Under the pieces are notes generated by a model. It was not told the origin of the DNA, did no database searches, and saw only the letters and a program-made list of their open reading frames with translations. A stretch of DNA of 64,000 bases, taken from the IMG/VR virus record IMGVR_UViG_3300021376_000010, one strand, 5' to 3'. The position numbers were made by a program, and so were the translations under genes. Positions 18,722-28,399 of this stretch are shown here, in pieces. The first letter of the stretch is position 1. Each line of letters starts with the position of its first letter. Source of the stretch: a virus.

Positions 18722-18931
18722 TTATAATTCGTTCTTAATTAACAACATATCAAAAGCAGCAGTGTATCTACCATTATTACTTCTTGTAGTAAGTCTTATA
18801 TCTATATCAGAGTGTTGAGGTCGGCAACAAAAGATTCACCAACTGGTTCTAGAATCGTTGATGTATAGATTTCCATTGAAATCACCAGCAATATTAATTG
18901 ATTCCGAAATAAACTGTCTGTATGATTTCAT
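18722..18931 (-). pseudogene. Degraded or chimeric gene remnant in the head module
   Basis: Frame reads MKSYRQFISESINIAGDFNGNLYINDSRTSW*IFCCRPQHSDIDIRLTTRSNNGRYTAAFDMLLIKNEL*, with an internal TGA. A +1 frame gives EPVGESFVAD across the break. Confidence 0.55.
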
Positions 18932-18940
18932 TTTTATATC

Positions 18941-19105
18941 TCACTCTTCTTCTGAGGAATCTTCTAAGTCAAACATGTCAGAAACAACATGAGGTCTAAC
19001 AGTTTCAATTCTCTCCAATGCTTTTTGCATTAGCATCTGTTTAATTTCATCACTAACTTCCATAGGAGATTCGCCTGTTGCAATTTTACTAATTAAGTCA
19101 CTCAT
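18941..19105 (-). CDS. Small prohead core protein (gp67-like position)
   Basis: MSDLISKIATGESPMEVSDEIKQMLMQKALERIETVRPHVVSDMFDLEDSSEEE* (54 aa), right after g20; TATAAATA at 19137-19130. Missed by the ORF track. Confidence 0.8.
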   Translation of the reverse strand: MSDLISKIATGESPMEVSDEIKQMLMQKALERIETVRPHVVSDMFDLEDSSEEE

Positions 19106-19132
19106 AGTCTTTAAATGTTAATTTAAAATTAT

Positions 19133-20797
19133 TTATATTTGTCCTGCTTCTGGTTCCATTACTGGAGCTCCCATTGAAGCATTAGATTGTGGTGCTGTTT
19201 CTTGTGGAATCTGTTGTCCATCTGGAGGCATTGCCTCTGGTGGAACTGCATTTGGATCTGGTAAGATGCCTTTTTGTATTTCTTTTTTAATTTGTTTATC
19301 AATATCAATAATATCTCCATCAGTTTGTTTTAGAATTTTTGTTCTTACATACTGAACTGAAAAATATCTTCCTAGATATGGTTCCATTGCTGCAACAACA
19401 GCAAGTTTATCATTCATCAACTCTGATTCTTTTAGTTCAGCAAAATGATTATCATAAAGAAAATCATACTGAATATGATCAGAAAGAATATTCCAGTCTT
19501 CTGGAGTTACGATATTCTTAAGAATAAGTTGAGTTTTTAAGATATCATTAAACAAATTAGAAAATCTTTTTCTTAGTCTTCCTACAAATTTGGTAAATCT
19601 TACTTCATCTCTTAAAATTTCAGAAGAACGACCAAGACTAAAACCACCACTTGAGTTTGTTCTAGTTTCTGGAACATTTAGTGAACGGAATAATTTCTTT
19701 TGGAAATATTCAATATCAGAAAGTTCACCTAAGTTTTGTCCACCAGGAAGAGTAGTAATTTCTGTTCCTCTTCCCCCTTCTCTACGTGGCAACCAGAAAT
19801 CCTCAAGCATTGCCATGTATTTTCTATCATCACGAATTTCTCCAGTATCTGCGTTATAGACCAATTTGTTTCTATAACGATTCATTACATCACGAAGATA
19901 TTGCTCTGCTTTAATCTTTGGGAGATTGCCAACATCAATATAGAAAATACGACGTTCTGGAGCACGAGATAGTCTATAAATCACAAGACTATCTTCAATC
20001 ATGCGAAGTTGATTGAGCGCTTTAATTGCTTTATGTAAATATGATAATACTGTTTGTCTATTTCTATCTACTAATCCAGAAGTAATATAAGTAACGGAAT
20101 CTTTAGACAATCTAACCATTTTAGCATCATTCTTATAACTGTTTGATGTCTGACTACCACCAGTTTGTAATGTTGCATTTGGATTATAAATGTAATACTC
20201 TTCCATCTCTGGATTAGTAAAATCAATTGTATTATCCTTATTGATAATGGTATTGAGAGTTCCAGTTAAAGTCTGCTTATCATTTTTTAATTTTCTGATA
20301 TAACGAATCTTCAATGGGTCAATATATCTTACTTCTTTAATGCCATCTGCTGGTTTAGTTACATCAATGACTTTATGGTAATATAATCTTCCATCAATAT
20401 ACCAATTCCTAAAAATTTCATGGGCTTTCTTATCAAAGTCCATGATTTCTTTGATATATTTAAACTCGTTTCTAATTGCTTCTTTTAATTTGTCCGAAGC
20501 AGGAAGATTTGAAAGTTCTATCTCTACTGGAGAATCATTCAAATCCGAAACAATTGCTTCGTCTACAATATCTTCAATGGCACTATCACACTCAGGGTGA
20601 AGTGCCATTTCTCTGTATCTTCTTACTAAATCTTGTTCATTTTTATATACACCTTCAATATCTACATACTGGCCATAAAAACCACTAGAGATATAATAAT
20701 CTGACTTATCTTCGTCATTTTGAGGAACAGGGGAAAGAATTTTTTTTGAATTTTCTCTCCCCTTATCTTCAAACTTGTAACCAAATAATTTAGGCAT
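19133..20797 (-). CDS. g20: Portal protein gp20
   Basis: RAPERRIFYIDVGNLPK, EDFWLPRREGGRGTEITTLPGGQNLG. Confidence 0.98.
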   Translation of the reverse strand: MPKLFGYKFEDKGRENSKKILSPVPQNDEDKSDYYISSGFYGQYVDIEGVYKNEQDLVRRYREMALHPECDSAIEDIVDEAIVSDLNDSPVEIELSNLPASDKLKEAIRNEFKYIKEIMDFDKKAHEIFRNWYIDGRLYYHKVIDVTKPADGIKEVRYIDPLKIRYIRKLKNDKQTLTGTLNTIINKDNTIDFTNPEMEEYYIYNPNATLQTGGSQTSNSYKNDAKMVRLSKDSVTYITSGLVDRNRQTVLSYLHKAIKALNQLRMIEDSLVIYRLSRAPERRIFYIDVGNLPKIKAEQYLRDVMNRYRNKLVYNADTGEIRDDRKYMAMLEDFWLPRREGGRGTEITTLPGGQNLGELSDIEYFQKKLFRSLNVPETRTNSSGGFSLGRSSEILRDEVRFTKFVGRLRKRFSNLFNDILKTQLILKNIVTPEDWNILSDHIQYDFLYDNHFAELKESELMNDKLAVVAAMEPYLGRYFSVQYVRTKILKQTDGDIIDIDKQIKKEIQKGILPDPNAVPPEAMPPDGQQIPQETAPQSNASMGAPVMEPEAGQI

Positions 20798-20820
20798 ATT
20801 TCAAAAATAGACGTTTCTAG

Positions 20821-20828
20821 TATTTATA
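20821..20828 (-). promoter_or_regulatory. Late promoter for g20 (overlaps the g19 stop)
   Basis: TATAAATA. Confidence 0.75.
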
Positions 20829-21462
20829 CTTCTTCTTTTGTGCCTAAAATACTCTTCTGATCACTTCCTAGGGAATCATACCATTGAACTTGCAAATCAA
20901 CACTAAATTCTTCAATAGCATCTGCACTATCATAGGATAATTCAATTGCACTAACTGATGTTGGAAAAGTTCCGTAGAATTTGTATGATTTCAAAACAGG
21001 AATTTGAGACTCTGTACCTGGAAGTGCTCCCGAATTTGCATCAGCAGCAACACTTCCTCTTCCCAGTTGATGAACTAACATTTCAGTTTGATATGCATTT
21101 GGTGTAATAACACCAGCATTATCATCATGTCTATTCATGAAGTTCATCCACTTCTCAAATGCGTCTCTAATCTTGAAGTTTGTATCGTTGATTACTGTGA
21201 TTGACCATGGATCGAATGTTCTATCACCAGCAATTTTTAAGTTTCTTCCTCTAAATGGAATATCAATTACATTGATATTTGATGCAGGAAGACTTGCTGC
21301 TTTAATCATGAATCTATAATCATCATCTTCAACAATTCCTAGACCGCCTGGAAATTTAATTTGACATTCAAATAGATTTGGCCTTGCTCCCCCTCCAACT
21401 AGTTTTCCTTTAAAATCGGATAAAGTTCTATCTGTGTATTTTGGTAAATTGGAATTTGCCAT
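20824..21462 (-). CDS. g19: Tail tube protein gp19
   Basis: GGGARPNLF, PFRGRNLKIAGDRTF, FPTSVSAIELSYD. Confidence 0.95.
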   Translation of the reverse strand: MANSNLPKYTDRTLSDFKGKLVGGGARPNLFECQIKFPGGLGIVEDDDYRFMIKAASLPASNINVIDIPFRGRNLKIAGDRTFDPWSITVINDTNFKIRDAFEKWMNFMNRHDDNAGVITPNAYQTEMLVHQLGRGSVAADANSGALPGTESQIPVLKSYKFYGTFPTSVSAIELSYDSADAIEEFSVDLQVQWYDSLGSDQKSILGTKEEV

Positions 21463-21482
21463 TTTTAGTTACCTCTATGAAA

Positions 21483-23867
21483 TTAAACAGTTCCGACTAC
21501 TTCGGAGAAGCTGACGCCAGTGCGGGTGGCAACAAATGTCAGACCAATAAAATTAATTGATCTTGCAGGCTTTACAAAGATGTCTGCTTTGAATTGATTT
21601 GAATCAATTACGTCTGGAGTATTATTTGATTCATCACAAACAACAATAAATTCAGAAACTCCTCTCTTTGCTCTTACATCACGAAGATATGGTTCAACGA
21701 TGTTTATAAAGTTTGATCTTGTAATAATATCGTTAAATTCAAATAGTTGCGCTCTTGCTGCTCTTTCAATTGATTTTTCTAGAGTTAGGAATAAACGACG
21801 AACATTAATTCTATCGAATGCTGATGGATAACCAAGGGCAGTTTTATCACCAAATAAGATAATTCCAGCACCAGGAGAAGCAATCACTGGATTAATTCTC
21901 TTAGAATAAAGAAGATCTCTTTGTGTTTGTGAAGGATTATATGCAAGTTTAATTGCATTGTTAATTGCTCCTCTTGCAGAACCTGCTGGGGAGAACCAAG
22001 AATAATGTTCATTTGATGTTCTTGCCATCAATCCAGCAATATCTGCATTTGTTGGTAGGTATAAGAACTTATTATTGAATCTATCTAATGTATATTTAAA
22101 TCCAGTATCAAAAACAGCGTATGAACTAGATGCCAAAGGTTCAAAGAATTCAATAATTTTATTTGTCTGTGTAGTTGCATTTGGTTGATTGACTACATCA
22201 TCTTTATGAGGAGAAATACATGCAATACAATCTTTTCTTTCCTCGGCAATTGCAATCAACGCACTTGCTTTTGCTTGGGATTCATAAATTGTTGCTCCAC
22301 CAGAAGGACCTTGAATTAGGAAATCCAAAGTATATTCTGCAGGATTTTCAAACTTTTTGTATGCAGAAACAATATTCGAAAGAGTTGCTGTCATTCCACC
22401 AGAATTGGAATAATCGGAACCAGCACTTAGTGTGTATGATTTATTTCCCTGAACACTAAATTTAATTGATTGTGCGGCAGAACCCCAAGAACCAGTTTCG
22501 AGAGTATATGCTTTAACATTAGATGGATTTGGAATTAAACTACTTGAAACAGTAACTCTTGCTACACCTGCATATAGATTGGATGAGTTTCTTGAAATAT
22601 AATCTTTATAATAAATTGCCTGAGATGGGCTAATTTTTGCATCATATGCTTTTGATAAGAATATATACTTTTCAATAATATTTGCTGCACTACCAGTAAC
22701 TTTTCCACTATCATCTACAACTACAATATGAACTTGGTCATTCTTTGAACTTCTTTCCAATGCATATTGTGATGATGATGGTTTTGGTGCAATATTTTTC
22801 CAGTAGACAGTAGCATTAGAAAGTCCAAGAGTTTGTTGGTCATACCAATCCTTTGTTGCTAATCCACCAAGGAATGACGATGTAGTAATTCCAGCACTAG
22901 TTACAACATTAATAGTTTCAAGTCCACTGAATGAATATGTATTTGTTCCATCTCCTGGATTTTTGTAATCAATTGCTTCGGAAGAACCTGCAAGATTTAC
23001 TCTATCAATAATTTTAACACCGATTTGTTCTCTTCCTACTTCAGTAATAATACCTCTGATGAAACCTTCAAAGCTAGTAACAACTCCACCACTAGCGTAT
23101 TGGGCAGAAACTCTTTGAGTTACCGCAAGTCCTACTGCTACTGTTGTTGGTACAACTACAGTACTTTCCTGAGTAAATGTAAATGATGCTCCAGTCTGAA
23201 CACTACCATTTGTTGAGTTTGTGTTCAAAGTAATAGCACTGGTTCCAATTGAAAGAATATCAGTACCCGTTTGGAAGAAATTACTTACAATAGTATCACC
23301 AACAGTTAATGATGATGTGTTGATTCCAGTAACTGAATTGGTAGTGATTCCCAAATTACCAGTTTTTGTACCAATTGTTGTAACTACTGTAGTGCTAGTA
23401 GCAGTAGTTCCAATTCCAGTAATGATTTGGTCTGCTAAATTGTCGATAGTGCAAACTTTTAATCCATTTGCCCAAGTCCCTGGTGTTTTTGCTGCGTATT
23501 CCCAGGTAGAATCATTTATATGATTATTTGAGTAATCTTCAGATGATTCTATTTTTAGGGTTGGTAGTGAATCTGAGTTTGCATTGTACAGAGTTGGTCC
23601 ATCTGCTCTAACAACTCTCAGTACTCCACCATAAGATAAAAAGGAGGATGCAGAAAGCCAATACTCATTCTGAGCATCTTTTTCTAATGGTTTTCCGAAC
23701 TCTGCCAAAAAATCTGCTTCTGTTTCTATTAAAACAGGAACTCCAATAGGTCCTTTTTCGAATGGACCTGCAAAAGCACCAACTTGATCAGTTACTGCAT
23801 CAATTCTACCAATAGTTAGGTCAACTTCTCTTATTTTTACCCCAGGTGATACTAAATTTAACGCCAT
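21483..23867 (-). CDS. g18: Tail sheath protein gp18
   Basis: SPGVKIREVDLT, WFSPAG..RG, FDRINVRRLF, KPARSINFI. Confidence 0.97.
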   Translation of the reverse strand: MALNLVSPGVKIREVDLTIGRIDAVTDQVGAFAGPFEKGPIGVPVLIETEADFLAEFGKPLEKDAQNEYWLSASSFLSYGGVLRVVRADGPTLYNANSDSLPTLKIESSEDYSNNHINDSTWEYAAKTPGTWANGLKVCTIDNLADQIITGIGTTATSTTVVTTIGTKTGNLGITTNSVTGINTSSLTVGDTIVSNFFQTGTDILSIGTSAITLNTNSTNGSVQTGASFTFTQESTVVVPTTVAVGLAVTQRVSAQYASGGVVTSFEGFIRGIITEVGREQIGVKIIDRVNLAGSSEAIDYKNPGDGTNTYSFSGLETINVVTSAGITTSSFLGGLATKDWYDQQTLGLSNATVYWKNIAPKPSSSQYALERSSKNDQVHIVVVDDSGKVTGSAANIIEKYIFLSKAYDAKISPSQAIYYKDYISRNSSNLYAGVARVTVSSSLIPNPSNVKAYTLETGSWGSAAQSIKFSVQGNKSYTLSAGSDYSNSGGMTATLSNIVSAYKKFENPAEYTLDFLIQGPSGGATIYESQAKASALIAIAEERKDCIACISPHKDDVVNQPNATTQTNKIIEFFEPLASSSYAVFDTGFKYTLDRFNNKFLYLPTNADIAGLMARTSNEHYSWFSPAGSARGAINNAIKLAYNPSQTQRDLLYSKRINPVIASPGAGIILFGDKTALGYPSAFDRINVRRLFLTLEKSIERAARAQLFEFNDIITRSNFINIVEPYLRDVRAKRGVSEFIVVCDESNNTPDVIDSNQFKADIFVKPARSINFIGLTFVATRTGVSFSEVVGTV

Positions 23868-23905
23868 TTGTTTCCCCTCTTGAAGAAGTTCATTTAGTCT
23901 AAAAG

Positions 23906-23913
23906 TATTTATA
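23906..23913 (-). promoter_or_regulatory. Late promoter for g18-g19
   Basis: TATAAATA. Confidence 0.8.
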
Positions 23914-23952
23914 ATTTAGACCCTTTATAATGGGGAAATCAATAGTGAACAA

Positions 23953-24186
23953 TTACCAGTCAGGATACTCCCAATTACTTGCCTTTTTGGGATTTATTTT
24001 CCTACTTTCTTTAATTCTTTTTATCGTACATGACTTACATTCATATGAATATGCAGAATGGATATTCCCTCTTCCTTTTCTAGTTAAATAAAACCCATCT
24101 ACTAAATCTTTTATTTCCCCACACACTCTACATTTTCTTTCAGTGAGGAATACACAGTCTAATTCAAACTGTTCTTCTAAATTCAT
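23953..24186 (-). CDS. Small Zn-ribbon protein between g17 and g18
   Basis: CRVC...CKSC and C-terminal WEYPDW. Confidence 0.75.
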   Translation of the reverse strand: MNLEEQFELDCVFLTERKCRVCGEIKDLVDGFYLTRKGRGNIHSAYSYECKSCTIKRIKESRKINPKKASNWEYPDW

Positions 24187-25838
24187 TATCTATAGTCCCA
24201 CATATAAGACCTATCACCATATTCATCTGTATACCATCTATCACCATTGTTATCTACAAAGGTCGTTTCCATTTCTGACAACCCATCAGAAATAAAACCA
24301 AAAGGTGACATGTCTTGCTCTATCTGATTTTTTTGTTCATCATAAATTCTTTTGCGGATATCATTATCCGTCATTTCCTTAAAGTATGGTTGAACAATCA
24401 ACCAAGATAATATAACCAGACACATCGCAAGGTCATCATTACAACCATCTTCTGCTTCAAATGACTGACTTTTTTGAATGAAAGTGGTTAACTCACTGAT
24501 TACATCATAGTCTTTGATAATTAATTTATCATCTTCTATGATTGTTTTTAGGTTTGAGCATCCAACCTTTTTAACATTTTTGGACATCTTTACACCAAGT
24601 TGAGATTTCTTTCCTGAGAAACCTTGTCCAACTAATTGTCCTGCACGACCTCTCATCGCACACATCAAAAGATTACTATACTCTAAATCAAAATGAAGCA
24701 TATTTGATACTTGCTCACCAATATCATTTACTTCCACAAGAATATATGAGTAATTATATGCTCTTCCAACTTTATCAATAATTGATGGAAAGAGTATTGG
24801 TTTTATATCATTATCTCTATATTTTGCTACTAACTTATATGGAAAAGTTGTTATGTCAACAACAACAAATGCAGAATAATCTTTACCAGTTCCTCTAGCA
24901 ACATCAACTGTCATCATATAGTTGTGGTCTTTTATTGGCTCCTCATAAACATCAAGACCTTTATTTGATGTCAGTGGGTCTTCATAAACCATTGAACGAA
25001 GTTTTGATGGTGCAATCAGAGTATCAACTGAACCTAAAAATTCACATTCAAACTCCTGGGTAAACTGTCGTTCAGAAGTATTTCGTATCGTCTCTTCTTT
25101 CCACGCAGCATCTCTTCCTGGAACTGCACTCCAATGAACTTCAAGTGGAATATATCCATTTCTACCCCTCTCGGCATCATGCCAGAGTTTATAGAACATA
25201 TTCATCCCATTTGGAGTTGAGATGATAATAACTTTTGTTGTCTTACCAGAAGAAATAGTTGGATACACAGAACTAAAGAATTGTTCTGCAATGTGATTTG
25301 GGATGAACGCAAATTCATCCAGGAAGATGATATTAAAGGAGTTTCCTCGGACTGCAGATGATGATGTAGATGCTGCTACAATTTTACTACCGTTCTCAAG
25401 TTCAAGAGAACCTTTGTTCCAAGAACCAACACCTTGCTGCAACCATTTGGGTAAGTTTTCATAAGAAAGTTGCAATCTCTGAAGAAGGTCTCTAGCAGTC
25501 TCTGCTTTGTTTGCTAGGATTGCAATTCTTATGTTATCATTAAACAAAGCATAATGAAGAAGATACGAAACTACAGTAGTAGATTTTCCTGTCTGTCTTG
25601 GTAGTTTCGCAATATTAAATCGGTTATTATGAAAGTTTGAAATTAATTCTTTTTGGAAATCATACATTTCAAAGGGAATCAAACCTTCATCAAGTGAAAC
25701 AATCTTGACGTAGTTCATTGCAAAGTAAACTGGGTCGTCTTTGCACCTTAAGTATTCTTGAATTTGGTCTGTTGTAAATTCAATTTGGACATTCTCTGCC
25801 TTAAGATTTGGATTGCCCTTATAATGTTTATCCGTCAT
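24186..25838 (-). CDS. g17: Terminase large subunit gp17
   Basis: PRQTGKST, FLDEFAF, STPNG, DVARG..KDYS, NDDLAM. Confidence 0.98.
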   Translation of the reverse strand: MTDKHYKGNPNLKAENVQIEFTTDQIQEYLRCKDDPVYFAMNYVKIVSLDEGLIPFEMYDFQKELISNFHNNRFNIAKLPRQTGKSTTVVSYLLHYALFNDNIRIAILANKAETARDLLQRLQLSYENLPKWLQQGVGSWNKGSLELENGSKIVAASTSSSAVRGNSFNIIFLDEFAFIPNHIAEQFFSSVYPTISSGKTTKVIIISTPNGMNMFYKLWHDAERGRNGYIPLEVHWSAVPGRDAAWKEETIRNTSERQFTQEFECEFLGSVDTLIAPSKLRSMVYEDPLTSNKGLDVYEEPIKDHNYMMTVDVARGTGKDYSAFVVVDITTFPYKLVAKYRDNDIKPILFPSIIDKVGRAYNYSYILVEVNDIGEQVSNMLHFDLEYSNLLMCAMRGRAGQLVGQGFSGKKSQLGVKMSKNVKKVGCSNLKTIIEDDKLIIKDYDVISELTTFIQKSQSFEAEDGCNDDLAMCLVILSWLIVQPYFKEMTDNDIRKRIYDEQKNQIEQDMSPFGFISDGLSEMETTFVDNNGDRWYTDEYGDRSYMWDYR

Positions 25839-26014
25839 AAACTATTAAAATTTAAACCTGCTAATGTTTCTTGGTATTTTAGGTGAAGTTTTACGTATGA
25901 TTTTGCAATATTTTTAACTTGGTCAATATTCTCACAAGAATCAATTTCTCTTGCAATTCTTTCATATTCAAAGTTTTTGGTTAAATTCTCAAGAACTATT
26001 TCACTTGGGTCCAT
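25835..26014 (-). CDS. NblA-like small helical protein (putative phycobilisome degradation adaptor)
   Basis: MDPSEIVLENLTKNFEYERIAREIDSCENIDQVKNIAKSYVKLHLKYQETLAGLNFNSL* (59 aa); ATGA-coupled to g17. Size and two-helix pattern resemble NblA. Missed by the ORF track. Confidence 0.55.
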   Translation of the reverse strand: MDPSEIVLENLTKNFEYERIAREIDSCENIDQVKNIAKSYVKLHLKYQETLAGLNFNSL

Positions 26015-26870
26015 TTAAATCTCCAGTAAATAAGAGTGGTTTTGTTGGGTCTTTTGTAGACGGATTGAAGGATAATACAATAGCACTTGGGTATATTTTA
26101 CTTACTTCATATGATACTTGCTCTTTTGATGGTCTTGTAAATTGTGGGAAGAACATTTGAACTCCCATATACTTACCTCTCCAGTTTAGCATTATACTGT
26201 AAGTCGTGCCACGAGATTGTATCCTCGTATAGTTTTCTTTTACTGTATTTGATTTGATGGGCTCTGGTTTAATCAAATCAATAAACTCATATTCAGTTGC
26301 TTTGAATTCTTCTCTCCAGTTAGAATAATCATAACTTTCTTTCTTAGTCTTATTTCCCCAATTCTTTGCACCAACTTTACGGCATTTAACTAAAGCACCA
26401 GATGCATAAGCACTAGGCCACACACTATAACGAGATTTTACTTTATAATAGCAGGCATCCTTCTTCTCAACAATAGTCTCTTCTGTCGCAACATTAGTTG
26501 GTTTTGCTGCACCAGACTTTTCTGGTTGATTGGGGTCTTTTCTATTTTTTCTTCTAAATGCTTTATCCTCTTCTTCATCTGATAAATTTGCTGCCATCTT
26601 TGAACTTCCACATTTTGGAGTAGAAGTTTGCCCTGGTTGACGAGCACAAGGAGCACCTGCGTATTTGCCTCCAAGTTGTCTCCAACCTGGAACTTTTCTT
26701 CCTGTTTTAGGGTGAGTTGCACTTGATTTTCTAAACCAATCCCCAAGAGATTCATCTCCAGATGCTGTCTCTTCTTTTATCTTTTCTGCAATTTCCTCTG
26801 GTGACACATACTTTTTAATATGTCCCTTTGGGTCGTTTGCTTCTAAAAGAAATTGTGAAAAAGTTTTCAT
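26001..26870 (-). CDS. Putative internal head (ejected) protein with capsid-targeting-like N-terminus
   Basis: Starts MKTFSQFLLE (compare T4 internal-protein CTS MKTYQEFIAE); basic modules such as KKDACYYKVKSRYSVWPSAYASGALVKCRK. Confidence 0.55.
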   Translation of the reverse strand: MKTFSQFLLEANDPKGHIKKYVSPEEIAEKIKEETASGDESLGDWFRKSSATHPKTGRKVPGWRQLGGKYAGAPCARQPGQTSTPKCGSSKMAANLSDEEEDKAFRRKNRKDPNQPEKSGAAKPTNVATEETIVEKKDACYYKVKSRYSVWPSAYASGALVKCRKVGAKNWGNKTKKESYDYSNWREEFKATEYEFIDLIKPEPIKSNTVKENYTRIQSRGTTYSIMLNWRGKYMGVQMFFPQFTRPSKEQVSYEVSKIYPSAIVLSFNPSTKDPTKPLLFTGDLNGPK

Positions 26871-26891
26871 CGGAAGAAATAAGTTCTCTAA

Positions 26892-27332
26892 TTATTTAGA
26901 ATCTTCTGCTGGTGCAAGATTTTGCTTAAGAAGTTTTTGAAGTTCTGCAGTAGATCCAACAAATAAAGTATTGTTGTTCGTTACATTTCTTGGTGCTGAT
27001 GGGTCCTCTTCTTTTAATTTTTTCATTTTCTGTTGAAGGTCCAATAATTTATCTGTAGTGTCTGCAACATTTTTAATCAATTGACCAGCAACTTCAAATG
27101 CTCTCGGAGAATCGGATTGCTGTGCTATTTCTAATATACCATCAATTGCTTCTTGTCCTTTTTCAATTAAACTATAAAGTTGCCCTCTAGTATAATCATA
27201 ATCATACTCACTTTCATCATCTCCCTTTTTTGGTGACTTAACTATTCTTGAAGAGTCAGAAACTATTTCTTTAGATACTGATGAAACTTCTATATCCAAT
27301 GACTCATTTATTGCATCAAAATCATTTTTCAT
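26892..27332 (-). CDS. g16: Terminase small subunit gp16
   Basis: DYDYTRGQLYSLIEKG, SPRAFEV, NNTLFVGSTAELQK. Confidence 0.93.
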   Translation of the reverse strand: MKNDFDAINESLDIEVSSVSKEIVSDSSRIVKSPKKGDDESEYDYDYTRGQLYSLIEKGQEAIDGILEIAQQSDSPRAFEVAGQLIKNVADTTDKLLDLQQKMKKLKEEDPSAPRNVTNNNTLFVGSTAELQKLLKQNLAPAEDSK

Positions 27333-28375
27333 ACGTCAGTACCTTTTCTTGAACTATAAATTCTTCCATCTCCAAAATCAAAACGATTTTCGTCAAATCC
27401 AAATTCATCACCATAAGATATAAGTTCTTTGTCTGCAGCATTTATTACATTAATTGCATCACCTTCCTCATGAATGCCAGGTATACTTTTGTCTCTTCCT
27501 CTGAGAACATCTATAGTGTTTCCTGTGATTTTTTCAATGAACATTTCTTCTTCATTTATCATAATATAAGTATCAACAACTAATGAGGTTGAATTTGAAA
27601 CAAGAATTTGACTATCATCTCTATCTACATTTCTAGTCAATACTGTAGTTGCATCTTTATTATAATCTTTGATTGGTCTTGGTTCTGCTGTATATCTTAA
27701 TTGTCTTGTTGCATTAACTCTATCTGTATCTGAATAATAATCGACTTGTACTTTTTTGATTAGTGGTGATTTTGTATCCGCAATTGCACCAAATATTGCA
27801 GTCTTTGCGGTAAAATTTAAAGTATATACTAAACTTCTTCTTGTTGAATAGTCACCTTCATAATCATCTGACATTGCTATACTTTCTAAAATTATTGGAA
27901 TGTCTCTTTTCTCCCCAATTGAATTTACTAAATCAACAGTAACATTCAGTTGTGGTTGAAAATATGGTAGAATTTGTTCAATAATTTGAAGCATATCATC
28001 TTGATACTTAGTTATAATGCTAAGTTGTATGCCTATATTGTAAGGTGCTGGCATATATACCTGAATAGGACCAGTTCCAGTTTTGTTTGCTTGAAATGTT
28101 TGTATTGTTGATACTTTTCTTGATGGGTCATATTGAATGCCAGTCATTTCAAATGACATTCTTGGTAAAGTTATAGCAACTCTATTTCTTGGATCTGGTT
28201 TTTCATCAAGTCTTGATAGAAATTTTTGAATTGGTCCATACGCAATAGGAACTTTGATAAGACTGATAGCATTGTCTGCTCCATCCTGATGCCTTATTTG
28301 GATATTATTGAATAATGTCCCAAATGCAATAATTGTTCTCTTTATTATTTCGTGATATGCGTATTTTCCAAACAT
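27329..28375 (-). CDS. g15: Tail terminator / sheath stabiliser gp15
   Basis: FGTLFNNI, VPIAYGP, LPRMSFE, QIIEQILPYFQP. Confidence 0.94.
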   Translation of the reverse strand: MFGKYAYHEIIKRTIIAFGTLFNNIQIRHQDGADNAISLIKVPIAYGPIQKFLSRLDEKPDPRNRVAITLPRMSFEMTGIQYDPSRKVSTIQTFQANKTGTGPIQVYMPAPYNIGIQLSIITKYQDDMLQIIEQILPYFQPQLNVTVDLVNSIGEKRDIPIILESIAMSDDYEGDYSTRRSLVYTLNFTAKTAIFGAIADTKSPLIKKVQVDYYSDTDRVNATRQLRYTAEPRPIKDYNKDATTVLTRNVDRDDSQILVSNSTSLVVDTYIMINEEEMFIEKITGNTIDVLRGRDKSIPGIHEEGDAINVINAADKELISYGDEFGFDENRFDFGDGRIYSSRKGTDV

Positions 28376-28399
28376 TTCATTAGTACAGATATAATATAT

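Noticed and set aside
18836-18838. In-frame TGA as stop-codon reassignment or selenocysteine
   Set aside because: TGA terminates many core genes here (g43, regA, g45, g46, g55, g23), and a local frameshift explains the break better.
23953-24186. Homing endonuclease next to g17
   Set aside because: Only a 77-aa CxxC/CxxC ribbon, with no HNH or GIY-YIG catalytic motif.
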